Origin: Lobosporangium transversale
Lineage: Eukaryota
DNA: 64,000 nt
Reading direction: 5' to 3'
Assembly (NCBI RefSeq): GCF_002105155.1
Contig: NW_019029005.1
Coordinates: 434,001 to 498,000 of the forward strand
Below the pieces are notes generated by a model that was not told the DNA's origin, made no database searches, and saw only the letters and a list, made by a program, of their open reading frames with translations. Position numbers and translations under genes: made by a program. Shown piece after piece: positions 13,798 to 26,356 of the stretch (position 1 is its first letter; each line of letters starts with the position of its first letter).

Positions 13798-14759
13798 AAA
13801 AGGGTCGTTGCTCTTTTTTTTTTTTTTTAGTTTTTGAGAGAAAAAGGGGTAGAGTGAGGATGAATGATGGATCATGCTGATGCCAGGCACAGTTGTCAAA
13901 CGTAACAATGCCAGGGCAGATGCTTCTGGACGATTGCTTTTTTTTTTTTTTTTTTTTTTTGGCGGGAGAAGAGTTGAGAGGTTTTGCCTGTGCTAACGTC
14001 TATGCTTATGAATATGCCGATGCTTAAATGCTTATGCCATTATCCATTGTCCATCATCTGTTTATACAATCGTTGGTGGATTGAGATGCGGTAGCGATAA
14101 GTTGATTGAGATGAGGAGCTGAAAAGAGTCAATGAAGATGCAGAGAGAAAATAAAAAAGGATCGTCATGAACCCACAGGAACATGGATGTGGATAATTGT
14201 GCAATGCAATGCCCTTTTTTGTCTTTTACCTCTTTTACTGCCCCCTCTCTTCCTCTCTCTCTTTCCTTTCCTTTCCTTTCTTTTCTTTCCTCCTTTTCAT
14301 TCACAGATAAAACTTTTTCAACCTAACCTTTATACATTCAACTCTGATCTTGTCATTCACATCACTCTCACTCTCACTCTCACTCTCATTCACTCCACAC
14401 CCATTCAATTCAACCACTTTTTAAAAAGACTTTTTTTTCTTCCTTCTTCTTTTAGCCCGCTTTCAACACCTTCTCTTTTGCTCTTCTTTGGCCAATACAC
14501 CGCGGATCAACGCGACGTCTGTTTCTCCTTTACTTCCTCACTGTTTCTCCTCCTCCTGACACTATTACACTTTCCCGGCACGGTTTAGAAAACCAGACCT
14601 CTTCAACTTTCTTCTCTATTCTGATTGCTCCGCATTTTACAGTTGTCGGTAGCAACGTACTACTACTCATCTACACATTCCCAAAGCAAGCTTTCATTGG
14701 ATAGACAGATCGACCCTTTTCCCATCCTTGCCTAAACTCATACATCCTATTATCCAGTC

Positions 14760-17236
14760 ATGTATCACTCTATGGTGCAGGGTAATGAGGAGATAGAGGA
14801 TCCACGTTGGAATGGTAAGTAACGTTTTTTTTTTTTTTTGCTAATCATTTATTCATCCATCATTTATATGGTTATATGGATAACGTATACTTTGGGTGCA
14901 TGCGCGTGCGCATTGACGAATGTGTAAGCAGCGAATGCTTATTTTTTCTGCACCGTCATACTGCCTCCTTTTCTAGGCCAAAGTCATGTTCCTTTTTTCT
15001 TTTTTTTCTGTTCCTTGTTCCTTTAAACACAAACACAAAACATAAACAAAACCCAAACACAAACTATGACATGCCTTGGGTCACATACCACGGATGCAAG
15101 TGCACTGTTGACATGTGCAGTGCCTTTCGAAGAGAAAAATAAAAGAAAAAGAAAAAAGTGCACGCGGTCATCTTTCAACAGTAAAAAGCAATAGCAACAA
15201 CAAACAGCATCACATAAGCCGATGTTTTTGACTATTTTTTTTGTGCGTTGGGACCAATGGGGTGATGGGCTCTTTTAACTTTTTTTATTTTTTATTTTTT
15301 AAATTCCCCTTTCGCCTCTTTTAAACTCTCTCTTGTACTCTTTTCTCTAACCATGTTGCTCTTTGATATTCCTTTTTGACTCTTTTGGCTCTTTTGGCTC
15401 TTTTGGCTCACTTTCCGTGGTCTCATTGTGCAGAAGTACTGCGGTTTACAATTGGCCAAAGCCGTAACAACCGCTCCTCCACTTCGCTTGCCTCCAGAGC
15501 CGTCACGATCTATGAGGACGACGAAACTTTGCCACTGTTGTCTTAGTGGGTTAATCCCCACGCGTCGTCAAGTCGCGCAATGGACTAAACAGCATATGGA
15601 AACGGCAGGCCGTGCTACTGGTTCTTCCTGTCTCAATTGTAAGTCAGTTTTAGGTTATTTAGCGCTTGTCTTTTTTGTCTGTTCCTGAATTACCTTCATT
15701 GTTTTCCATACACATTCATATTTACACATGATCTCCGATGACTTCAAAAAAATTGCTAAATCCTAAATTCTTATGATGTGTGACAATAGGTCATCATGTG
15801 GTGTTCAGTGCCTTTACGTACCTATCCAGATGAGCCAGAGGATGGAGGAGGAGGCAACACCACATGGCCTTGGGATGGCTTCCCCTGGAACCCACCTCAC
15901 CAGGATCAAAACGCTACATTGCAGCCCTCTTCGCTTATCGCAGCAGCAATAACAGCTACTGCAGGAGGTGTAGCAGCAGGATTCGATGGTGGCGCACTAT
16001 CAGCAAACCTATCAAACCTATCAGCCAATCTCACCAACATGCTTCCAACGACGCCTCCACAACCGGCAGTGTTGATCAACTTTTGGTGGTTTTTATGGTT
16101 TATTATGGGTTCTACAACGCCATTGGACTACTGCTGATTACCAAGATCTTTAACATCTATTCACTCAACTGGTGGCCCAAGGCCCTCGGTGGTCTCACAT
16201 CCTACTTCATTTTCTGGCTCTCAACACAACTCATGGGGATCTTGGTCTATTACTTTACTGGACTAGAAAGCTATCGTCTTACCTGGGTCTTCCTCACTTT
16301 CTGCACCATGACTATGCCACTCCTTATTGCGTTCCTAGTCATCCGTTCTGAAAACCGAAATGTATATCGACATTCGCTCACAATGGCTCAAAAGACATTT
16401 CTCTCAGCTTCGTCGATCGAATCTCGGATTCCAGCTTCTTATATCCGCTTCCTATGGTTTTGTGTCGCCCTCGCTATTGCGCTCAGCACCATTGTCACAG
16501 GAGAGATGTATGCAGATCAGTTTCAGGCACCACGGACGACTCCGCATACGACAATTGAGGACTGGTGTATGTGTATTCGTGGGTGGGGACGATTTATATT
16601 TTGGATGCCATCACGGATTATATCGTGGAGACCCGAGTTCGTTCATATCCTCTATCGTCGATCTTCAAGCTCTATTATTTCATGATCTATTTCATCTTTT
16701 TATCGGAACCTGTTTGTACGTCTACGATCCTATGAGCAATTCTTAGTCATCCAGCTGGCCTCATCCTTCTGGGTCTGTATTTTTTCACCCGATTTGTATG
16801 ACACATACCGTCTACAAGAACTTGGTCTATTTGTTTGGGATCACAAGGACGTATGAGGAGTACAAACGACAGGTCGGACGTGGATTGTTCTTGAGAAACT
16901 TGGCAGAGAATGTGACAATGTTGGCGTTCTTGTTATGGGTAAACATTCTGTATTATGGACCCAATGCCAAAATTTACTCGTATTTCCAATTCAAGGATCA
17001 GAATCGAGGGAATAACCGTGATATCACGGTCTATGCTCATTGGGAATCTGGGCTAGTGAGCTGATATCTAATTTTATTAACCGGACTATCTGCAGAAGGT
17101 GGATGGGACACCATGTCACAAAGGAGGCCCTCAAGATTTCAAAGAATACCCTGAGCTGATTGTTGTCTTCATCTTGGTCATGATTCATATCCTACAGGAC
17201 ATGTTGCTCTCTTTACTGGATCTCAACTTTGCATAG
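14760..17236 (+). CDS. Conserved fungal-type multi-pass membrane protein of unknown function; multi-exon
   Basis: Short first exon MYHSMVQGNEEIEDPRWN followed by gtaag. The later reading gives INFWWFLWF(Y)YGFYNAIGLLLITKIFNIYSLNWWPKALGG, RIPASYIRFLWFC, FLRNLAENVTMLAFL and the ending LLDLNFA*. Many hydrophobic helices. Confidence 0.75.
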
Positions 17237-17831
17237 ATGACAAACAAGCGTGACTTTTTAACTCGTTCGCTTGCCCTTCTTTCACTCTTTTTTTTTTTTT
17301 TTTTTTTTTATTTTATTTTATTTTTTTTTTCATGTGTATCTTCTAAACCTTGTATGTGTGTATTTTTATTTATTATCTATTATCTCTACCTTTGTATCTG
17401 GTGGGAGCTGGTCTTTCAGAGATTCAACTCTACACTTCTTATTCTCCCAATTTGTAGGTCCTATTTTCCATTATGATCCATGTGGCATTTTATTTTATTT
17501 TTTGGCATGTTGTACTTTTATTTACTATTTCACACAACCTATCCTTCACCCTTTGTCTTCGTTCCCTCAAATCCACTTTAACACGTCATCATCCTTTGCT
17601 CCTTGTAGTAAAAGTAAAAATAATAGTAATAATAATAAAAAAAAAAACTTTTTTTTTTTGTAATTTCATCATACTGCGTAGTCAAAGAAAAAATGTTATT
17701 AGAGTGTCAAGTAAATATCACTGGGGGTTAATACAGAGACGTGAAACGTCAAATACATGATGCAAAGTCTTATTAGTCTAAAAAAAAAAAAAGAAAAGAA
17801 AAGGAGGCGCTAAAATGCGCGGTATATGCAC

Positions 17832-19279
17832 TTATTTTAGTTGCACATGTGTAGAGGATAGTGATGGTGATTGCTTTCCTTGCTGCTGTGGAGGCAACAG
17901 TGGCTGATCAAACATAGTAGCTAACTTTAAAGCACCGGCACCGGCACCGGCACCGGCACTCGGAGAGCGTGGAGACGAAGAGAGAGAAGAAATGGATCCT
18001 ACTATTCCTGGACGATTCAGAGAAAGAGAGTTGCGCTGGATATGCATCTTACTGCCATGAGGACCATCTGTGGAACTACCATTGCGAGGTACCGAATGGA
18101 TTCCACGCTCTGTAGCCCTAAGTGATACTTGCCGAATGGGTGTAGAGCCATCGCCAGAAGGATGGGCCCAGTGCTCACGTCTCTTGATCTCGGCCAGAGC
18201 CTGGACAAGGTTACCATAGGGACCAGAAGCGCCAAACTGTTGGCATTCACATGCATATTGTAAAGCGCCTGTTGTTGCTGTTGGCTCAAGGAAGAAGTCT
18301 GCTGCTGCAATGAAAGCTGGTGCTGCAGCTGATGTTCTTGCGGTTTTTGTAATTGCTGTTGCTGTTGTTGTTGCTGAGGAAAATAAGATGCTGTAGTAGT
18401 GAGCGGGGAGCCTGTAGGGTTAATCAGACTAGTGACGCTGTTATTCATACCGATACCTTTGCCACCACTCGGTATAGGCCGTTCAAGTTCACGACGGAGC
18501 CAGCTCTCGAATTGGCGCGGGAACGCCCTCCAAGGGGTGAAGGTAAGAAACTACCAAGGTCGATACTGGAGCGTGCACTTCTGGCCCAAGCCTCTAAATC
18601 ATCTCACGAACCCATAGGCACCAAAATAGATCACTGCTAGATCAACGCCCACTTGTACAACACAGAAAAAACGCCATGACCCCCAAGAGGACGAATGGAG
18701 TCATCTTTTCCAGCGGTAAGCCTGTAAACAGAGAATGCAGATAGCGATTAGGAAACGTGAGAGATAGACGATCCGTTGAAATTTGTCATACGTCCGTAGG
18801 TTGATCCATTTGAGTAATGAGTTGCATAAGAAACGAGGCCGCAGACAACAAGGAAGTATCTGGTCAAATCGTAGTCTGTAGCACGCTCGAGGAGAGATCC
18901 CGGACCAGAGGCTCCTGCAGCAGATCGCCGCTCAATTGGGATTTCAAATCCCAATGCAAAAATAGTTTTCTGATAGATCCATGAGTGACAAGGCTACGTT
19001 CGGTATGAATCGAGCAGCAGCAGCATTCGAGGTCAAATGAGAAGAGCCTATGGTCATCTCTGTGATATGGTTCTCTAGTTTATAAAGGCGGATCAAATCC
19101 AATGCGCCTGTTCCACCAACACAATACAAACATGAAATGGCAAATGGAGATATGCCCAGAGTTGAGAGAGTGTCGTTGTCTTGTGAAATACCTAGATTGA
19201 TTTTGTTGAAAATGAACTTGATTAAACAACACGCGGCTTTTTTTTTTTTTTTTTTTTTTTTTTTTTCCCTTTCTATTGT

Positions 19280-19314
<35 letters not shown>

Positions 19315-19978
19315 CTTACATCTTCTGAAAAGTCGTCAAAATAGATCCACCATAATGCATACAGGATCACTGTGGTTAACAAGAATAAAATCCTAGAAGG
19401 ATCCGGAAGAGGATTCAAAATAGTGTGTGGGTGAGTTAGGTAATTTTTTCTAATTCTTCTAATTAGGGGCCTAAGAGGTAAGAGATATAAAATTGTTTCA
19501 CACATTACAAGAACGGGCTTGTTCCCCTTGTCCAAGAGCTCGTGCCAGCGCCCAAGCCTATAATCAATGATATTCTATATTGGTTGGAAGAAGAAAAAAA
19601 AAAAAACATCGTAGCCATAAATCAGCACGCCTGAAAGCTTTTTTTTTTTTTTTTTTTTTTTTTTGTGATTATTGCTGTATTACCTCTCCCAAGACAATGA
19701 TAGTAAACAATGCAAATCGCTCTGGTAGATGGCTTCCAGCAAAGGTGACAGATGTGCGTCGTCCAAACGCCACTAAAACTATAATTTCCACAACAATCGT
19801 AAAATACCACATCACGTAGCGCCAGGCCATACTGTGTACGAGCATTGAGAGTCCCCAGATCAACATTGCCAAAACATTGCTTCCGATCTGTAACCATAGC
19901 GGTGTTAATGATTTCTTGGACCGATTCTTTTCGAGCCCAGTAAAGGACTACGGTAACGAGATGTAGTAATAAACAAGT

Positions 19979-20020
<42 letters not shown>

Positions 20021-20743
20021 CCCATTGTCAGTAATAAAGGAAAAAAAGAAGAAAAAAAAAGGTGTTAATTGAATGACTAGGATGAAAAGACAATTCTTTT
20101 ACCATTGCCGTATTCAATAGCCAAGACGCCCTTTAAAACAATGTAACTTCCAATAAATCCGGTCGAGGTACGGTCCAGATGATCGACCGAAAACGCTCCA
20201 AAGGAAATAAGCGCACAAAATTCAATCAGCATTGTAACTTTTGTAAACAGATCATCCATGTCAAATCGAGCGGCCCAAAACGTTTGACCTGCCCACTGTA
20301 CGTTAAAGAAATAAAGAGTTTGTAACGCATATATATATTATAAAGCAATAGCAGAGCAACATTACTACTCAGGAATATAAGCAAGTATTTGTTCGGATTA
20401 AAAGACATACCGCCCACCACATGATAACGAACCAGCCAATGTAATGACCAAGTGCTCCGCTCCCAGTGATAGGATGGCTGTGTGTAAAATCGGTTAAATT
20501 GGCGACAAAAAGAAGATCATAAAACAACTCTAGAATAAAATAAATTAATAAGTTAACTTAATAAAAGCCTAATATTTAGCTTTTTTTTTTTTTTTTTTTT
20601 TTTGTTTACCTAGCCAACTAGCCTTTGGATCCTCAATAGGCATCAACGATAAATCTGTTGTAGGTCGTCTTTGGAAGGATAAGAGTGGAAGATAAAAGAA
20701 TATGGTCATTCACGAGTCAAATACTCATCAGTTAACGATGATT

Positions 20744-20774
<31 letters not shown>

Positions 20775-20927
20775 CCTTTGATCACTTCCTTACCTATACT
20801 TTTGCTTTTTGCGCCGAGTTTTTCTCTCTCTAATTGATGAAGATATGGACTCTCTTTAATAACAGCGAATGAGTCTCCATTTAAAACTTGATCATCCTGA
20901 CAAATGTCACCCCCGGTGCTAAAAGAG

Positions 20928-20965
<38 letters not shown>

Positions 20966-22516
20966 GGTCAAAATTGTTAAAAGAACTGTTGATGATAAAC
21001 AAAATAGTATAAATTTATATCTTGGGCAATAATAATATAAAGTTACATTCAGGTTCCTTTGTTGAAGCAACAAGTCGGACATCATAATCGCGAGGAATCT
21101 TTTCAAGATAGGTGGCCAGTTCCTCTTTAGTTTGAATCGCCTCCACATCCAGACGCTCTTTTGGCGAAAGTCCAAGTTCTTCTGTCAATGTCGCGAGATT
21201 CTTTTCGTTCAATGGACAAATCGGTTCACTCTTTGCATCTTCCTGAACATGAATTTCTAGTTTGAAATTAATCGATAAATAAAGTTAATTAATTTAAACA
21301 ACCTTTTTTTTTTGTCCTGGACCCTTCCCCCTGGACAGGATTTGGACTTGGATCAATATATCATCATATTATTACCAAGGTGAACGCGTACTTCAGGATC
21401 CTCATCTGAAGAAGCAGACTCCAAGTCGGAAGCACTTCGTTTGATATATATTATTAATAAAAAAAAAAAAAAAAGAAAAAGAAAAAAAAAAAAAGAAAAA
21501 GAAATACACAGATAAGGATGAATAAGCAGAAACTCTCAAGTCTAACTAGTGTCATGCAAACTAGAAGAAAAAAAAAAAAAAAAAAAAAACCTTACGCTGT
21601 GGGGCTCAAGAGCTACAGGAATATCTTTTATGTCAGAATGTGGAATTCCATCAGGAATGCCTGCTGCTAAGGCCTTGGCTGCCGCTTGGACTTCTTCCTG
21701 TCCGTAAGGTGGTGGAATGATCATCTTTGAAGGCTGATCTCGCACCCGAAACTGGGCTATGCTAGGCCGAGAATTAGCATGATCGGCTTGGCTACGGCTG
21801 TGTTATTCCAACGGCTGAATCAGACCCAACTCCTTGTCCATTACTATTTTTTTTTTTTTTTTTTTTTGTAGTTAAAAAAGATGTAAGGATGAAATCTTTA
21901 ACGTCTGAAAAAAATAAAATAAATAAAATAAAATAGAATAAAATAAAGATTGCAATCTTACGTTGTTCTCGAGTAGAATGCTTTCGCTCAAAAGCCTTTC
22001 TGCGCAGGGACTGAAGGCTTCCACTCATGCCTTCAGCAAAAGAATGGCTGGCAAGTGGTCTGTTAACAAGAGCTCATTTGGTACTTTGGTGTTCGATCGA
22101 AGAGGGCGACGTGGGTGCTGAATGGATGTGGTAGTCAGCTGATTAGGCTGAGATGAAGGCGTCTGAGGCTGGGGAGAGGTTGAATAGAGGTAGGGGAATG
22201 CGTCAATTGGTTGGTGGTGGTTAGAAATACAGACCCTAGCATATTGGGCATTAGTGAAGGATAGTGATCCTGGAAGGTCGCTGTTGGTTTGCCCTGATAT
22301 CATTGCTGGCGTTGTTTATTTTCGGTGGTGTTGATGGAGTATCAGAATCATTAGCTGCATTACTCGATGATCGGCGCTATTGTTATGATGATGACTGTCA
22401 GGAGAAGTGGGCGAAGCACTTGTGCCTGCAATACCAATGCTACTCCCACTTCCACTTCTGTTGCTGGAGCTGTAGGATCGGACGCTGGTACCTCTTGAGC
22501 GCTGGTCGTGTGCCAT
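17832..22516 (-). CDS. ltrA: LtrA (low temperature requirement protein A) family membrane protein with long disordered N- and C-termini; many introns
   Basis: Spliced motifs ASWL|ELFYDLLFVANL (~20500-20600), WWA|WAGQTFWAARFDMDDL, SHLPERFALFTIIVLGE (~19690-19740) and LYALWWIYFDDF (~19330-19370) are typical of LtrA. Confidence 0.85.
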
Positions 22517-23241
22517 GCGAATGTGAGCAAATATGAAAAAAATAAAAAATAAAAAAAGTTTTGAAATATGAACAGCGGTTTTACGGGTGGCAACAACAAG
22601 AAGTGCGGCAATTAGTGTAGAATTGAATCAGCAATGTCCAACTTGAAATGGAAGAAGAGGAGAGAGAAGGAACAGATGAGAAATGTAGTAAATAAAAAGA
22701 GAGCAAGAAGAAACTTGTTCTGGGCTCAAAGTCAAGGCCAAGGTTAAGGTCAAGGTTAAAGGCAGATCAAATCAGGTTTTTTTTTTTTTTCTTCTTCAAT
22801 TGAGTTCAACAATTCTTATCGAGAAAAAATGAACAGACAAATGTAGATATTTATATATATATAATATTATACTGTATTTGGATGATTTAGATGTATTAAT
22901 TTACACCCATGTTTTTTGTTTGGAGCAACATAGCACAACACATGGAGGTTGAATACAATCGAGAAACTTTTGTCCCTGCCAATGTCAGGTTGTATGAAAA
23001 TAGCTCAATCGATTCAAGATCGATTCTCTTTTCTTCCCAAGGAAAAAAGTCGATCGGGGCTTATTTTTTTAGTTGTTTATTTTGTTTGGAAGAATGTAAA
23101 CAAAGAAAGGCGTTCTGCAAGATGCAAGATGCATGATTATGATTTTTTTTTTTTTTTTTTTTTTTGCCAATAATTATTAATTATGATATGGTATACACAT
23201 ATTCGTAGATTGGGAGAGAAGGATAGAAAATGGGTAAAAGG

Positions 23242-24464
23242 TTATGATTCGATGATAGCATGTGGGTTGCCAGGTGCGCGTTCCTCCCAATAGTTGCTCT
23301 CATGCTTGGGAGTATTCGCTTGGGCTGCTGCGCACCGTTGTTCCTGAAGAACCCGATGGTGGAGGGGGAGCAAATGCCACAGGGGTCATGGCATGACTTC
23401 CGAATACAGGCTATTGCCTCCTACTATCCTGTAGGGTATATCCACCACTGACAGGTACTGCTTTGATGGATTCTGGAGAAACATGCATACCCGACATTGG
23501 AGAAACGGCGGAGACAATGATCGGATTGGATACGCCCGCAGCAGAGTAAATAATAGAGGTTGATAACCTTGATAGCTATAAGGCACATCCTGTAATGGTG
23601 TTGTGGTAGTTGTTGTTGTTGCTGTTGCAACTGAAGTTGTTGTTGTTGCTGTTGCAATTGAAGTAATCTTCGCTGCAAGTCAAGTTGCTCCTGTTGATTC
23701 TGAATCTGTGTCCGCATTTTTTGTAATTCGTCATCATCTTTGCCTTCTGGTTGCAAGGGCCGCTTGCATGATGGGTTTTCCTCAGGATCTCAGTAGTTTT
23801 GACAGGAGTGGCACGATGTTGCTTTTTGCGAAAAACGAAGAAAAGAATAATTCCGCAGATGACAGCGACCGCAGCGACGACCCCTCCTGCGATAGCTCCT
23901 GCATTACTGGATGATGACTCATTCTCCGGTCCTTTGAGTCCATTGGTTCCTGTAGGCGCTGGAGCCGACGAAGTTGTTTCTTTTCTCTTTCTGCAACATA
24001 AGCTTCCGGGGGAGTATACGTTGTACCCCAGCTGTTAGTGCCGATGTTGGTAAATGGAGACGTCAACAGGGCCTGCGGCATCATCGGACGTCTGTCCTCC
24101 CCAAATCAGGAACTGATCACCTGCAATAGTACACGCTGTATAGGCCCTTGGAGGTCCAGAAGCGCCTTTGAGTCCATTTCCTCTGATTGTATCCAGAATA
24201 TACAAATCGCCTGTGAATGGCCCAGCGACAGGTCTTCCACCACATACGATAACCAATGTGCCATCGTCATCTATAAACATGATTCAAGACAGACTTTAGA
24301 CACGAAAAACGTGAAACGGCACGGCACAAAAGAAATAAGGTTGCACATATTATTCTACTGTTTAAGCTTACTGGACGCCATGCAATGATCTGCTCGCCAG
24401 GGTGGAGCAACTCCTGTTGTATGCTACAAATTAGTAAGGGGGTAAGCAGGGATGATGTTAGCAT

Positions 24465-24508
<44 letters not shown>

Positions 24509-25386
24509 CCAAAGGAGCAACAAGACTCCTTGACTAGCACAAGTGTCGCATATTGAGCTATGACAGCATGCTCACACTTACCATGGTATACCAACTGTTT
24601 TCGTTTGGGACAAACTCTGTGACAACATTATCAGTAGTGACAGGCCTGAGTGTGGCGTTGTAACCACCAAAGTACAGGATACTCTTCCGTCGAGAACACC
24701 ACACGTTGGCGTAGTAAGCTCTGCTCTGAAAGATTGTTGTATTCATCGGAATTGACGTGAACGAATCTGTCGAAAAGTCATAAACGCTCATGATGTCGCG
24801 AGTGTTGTCTGTGTAGCCGCCAGCCAAGTAAACAAGACCGGTGTTGGGATCTGTCACAGCTCCAACGCCTTGACGATCGGTGTTACCGATACGTAAATTG
24901 GAAGGCGTCCAATGAGTTGTGATGAGAGAGTAACGGAAAGCAAAACCAGCACTACCAGAGTGAAAGGTAATCATGGTCTTTTGATCCGCAGAGAAGGCAG
25001 CGGGGAAAACATACTGCTTTGGCCCATCATTAAGCTGGGTCCATGCAGGGGCAGAAGAGTTCCAAGGGACAGCAAGGTCGAGAGAGAAGAACTGACCATA
25101 CGAGAGCTCTTCATTTCGACCGCCCTGGATATAAAAGCGTGTGGCAGTTCTGGCAAAGGCAGGGCCCTGGACAGCTAAAGGAGTGGACTGTGCCTGAACT
25201 GCTGAGACTAGCAAGTCTAGGGATGTTGTGAGGGTGACGAGAAGTAACGGAGAGCTTTGAATGAGAATGATCTGGAAGCGGATGGGGATGAGGATGAAGA
25301 TGAGGATGGGGATGAGGATGTGGATGTGAATGAGGATGAGCAAGAGGAAGAAGGAGCGTGTTGTTTGCGAGGCCTTTTTGAAGCAT
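23242..25386 (-). CDS. Kelch/galactose-oxidase-type beta-propeller single-pass membrane protein (paralog C)
   Basis: Signal-like segment ending VSAVQA, then FYIQGG, FFSLDLAVPW, TDPNTGLVYLAGGY, ILYFGGYN and RAYTACTIAGDQFLIWGG. A hydrophobic helix lies near 23830-23890, followed by a Gln/Pro/Tyr-rich tail ending PGNPHAIIES*. Intron ~24409-24581. Confidence 0.8.
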
Positions 25387-25437
25387 GCTGATGGGAAAAG
25401 ATACGTTGGAAGGTTAAATTAAGGTCAGGAAAGAGGG

Positions 25438-25470
<33 letters not shown>

Positions 25471-26356
25471 TGGGAGTGAGAAGGCGGTGTAAGGACAGAA
25501 AGAGAAAGAGAGAAAGAGAGAAAGAGAGAAAGAGAGGATGAAAAGAAGGCTGAAAATAAAAAGAGCGATTGATGAACTACGAGCAATGCATCCAGGGAAA
25601 GAAAAGAGAAGGCTCTCTATCCTCTCCCCCTCCCCCTCTCTTTTTTTATCTTTCTGAGCTGGGCTAGGGCAGAAAACATGTCCCTGCGCTCTCTTTCATC
25701 TTCATTTGGGCACCATACATTGATGCATGCGTTCTATCAACCTTTTTTTTTTTTTTTTTATTTTTTTTATTTTTTTTTTTATACGTATTCTTCGGTATTA
25801 TACAGAAATATATATCTGCATTCCAACTGATCCACTTCATCGCCTTTGATTCCTTCGATCGTCTTGTCTGGCATGGCTAAAGAAAAAAATTAGCAGGGGT
25901 CAAGGAGACAGGGCAAGGCGAACGCGCGTAGTTCTACAGAGATTGGCACGTTCCAAATGAATAAACCATACATTTAATGAAACACATGTTGGCCTCGCTG
26001 ACAAACCTGCCATTTTTGCCATTTCCCGCGGACAATTTTTTTTTTTTTTTTTTTTTCACCATTGCTTAATTGGAAATAACAATTATCCATGATGGCATCA
26101 TCATTAAAACCATGGCCTTTGCGCTATGCTCTTTCTCTCTTTCTCTTTCTCGCACTCTCTCGCATACATTCTCACACACAGGCGTATATCTCTGCTCCTA
26201 CTCTCTTCTCATTCATGGTTCATTCGATTCCATTCATCCCACTTTTTTTACCTCTTCACTCTTGACTCTTCTTCCTTGCTTCTGCCTTCTCTCCTTCCCT
26301 TTCTTCTTCCGCTCTTTTCAACAGAAAAAAATCTCCAGAATTCGATACATCAAGAC

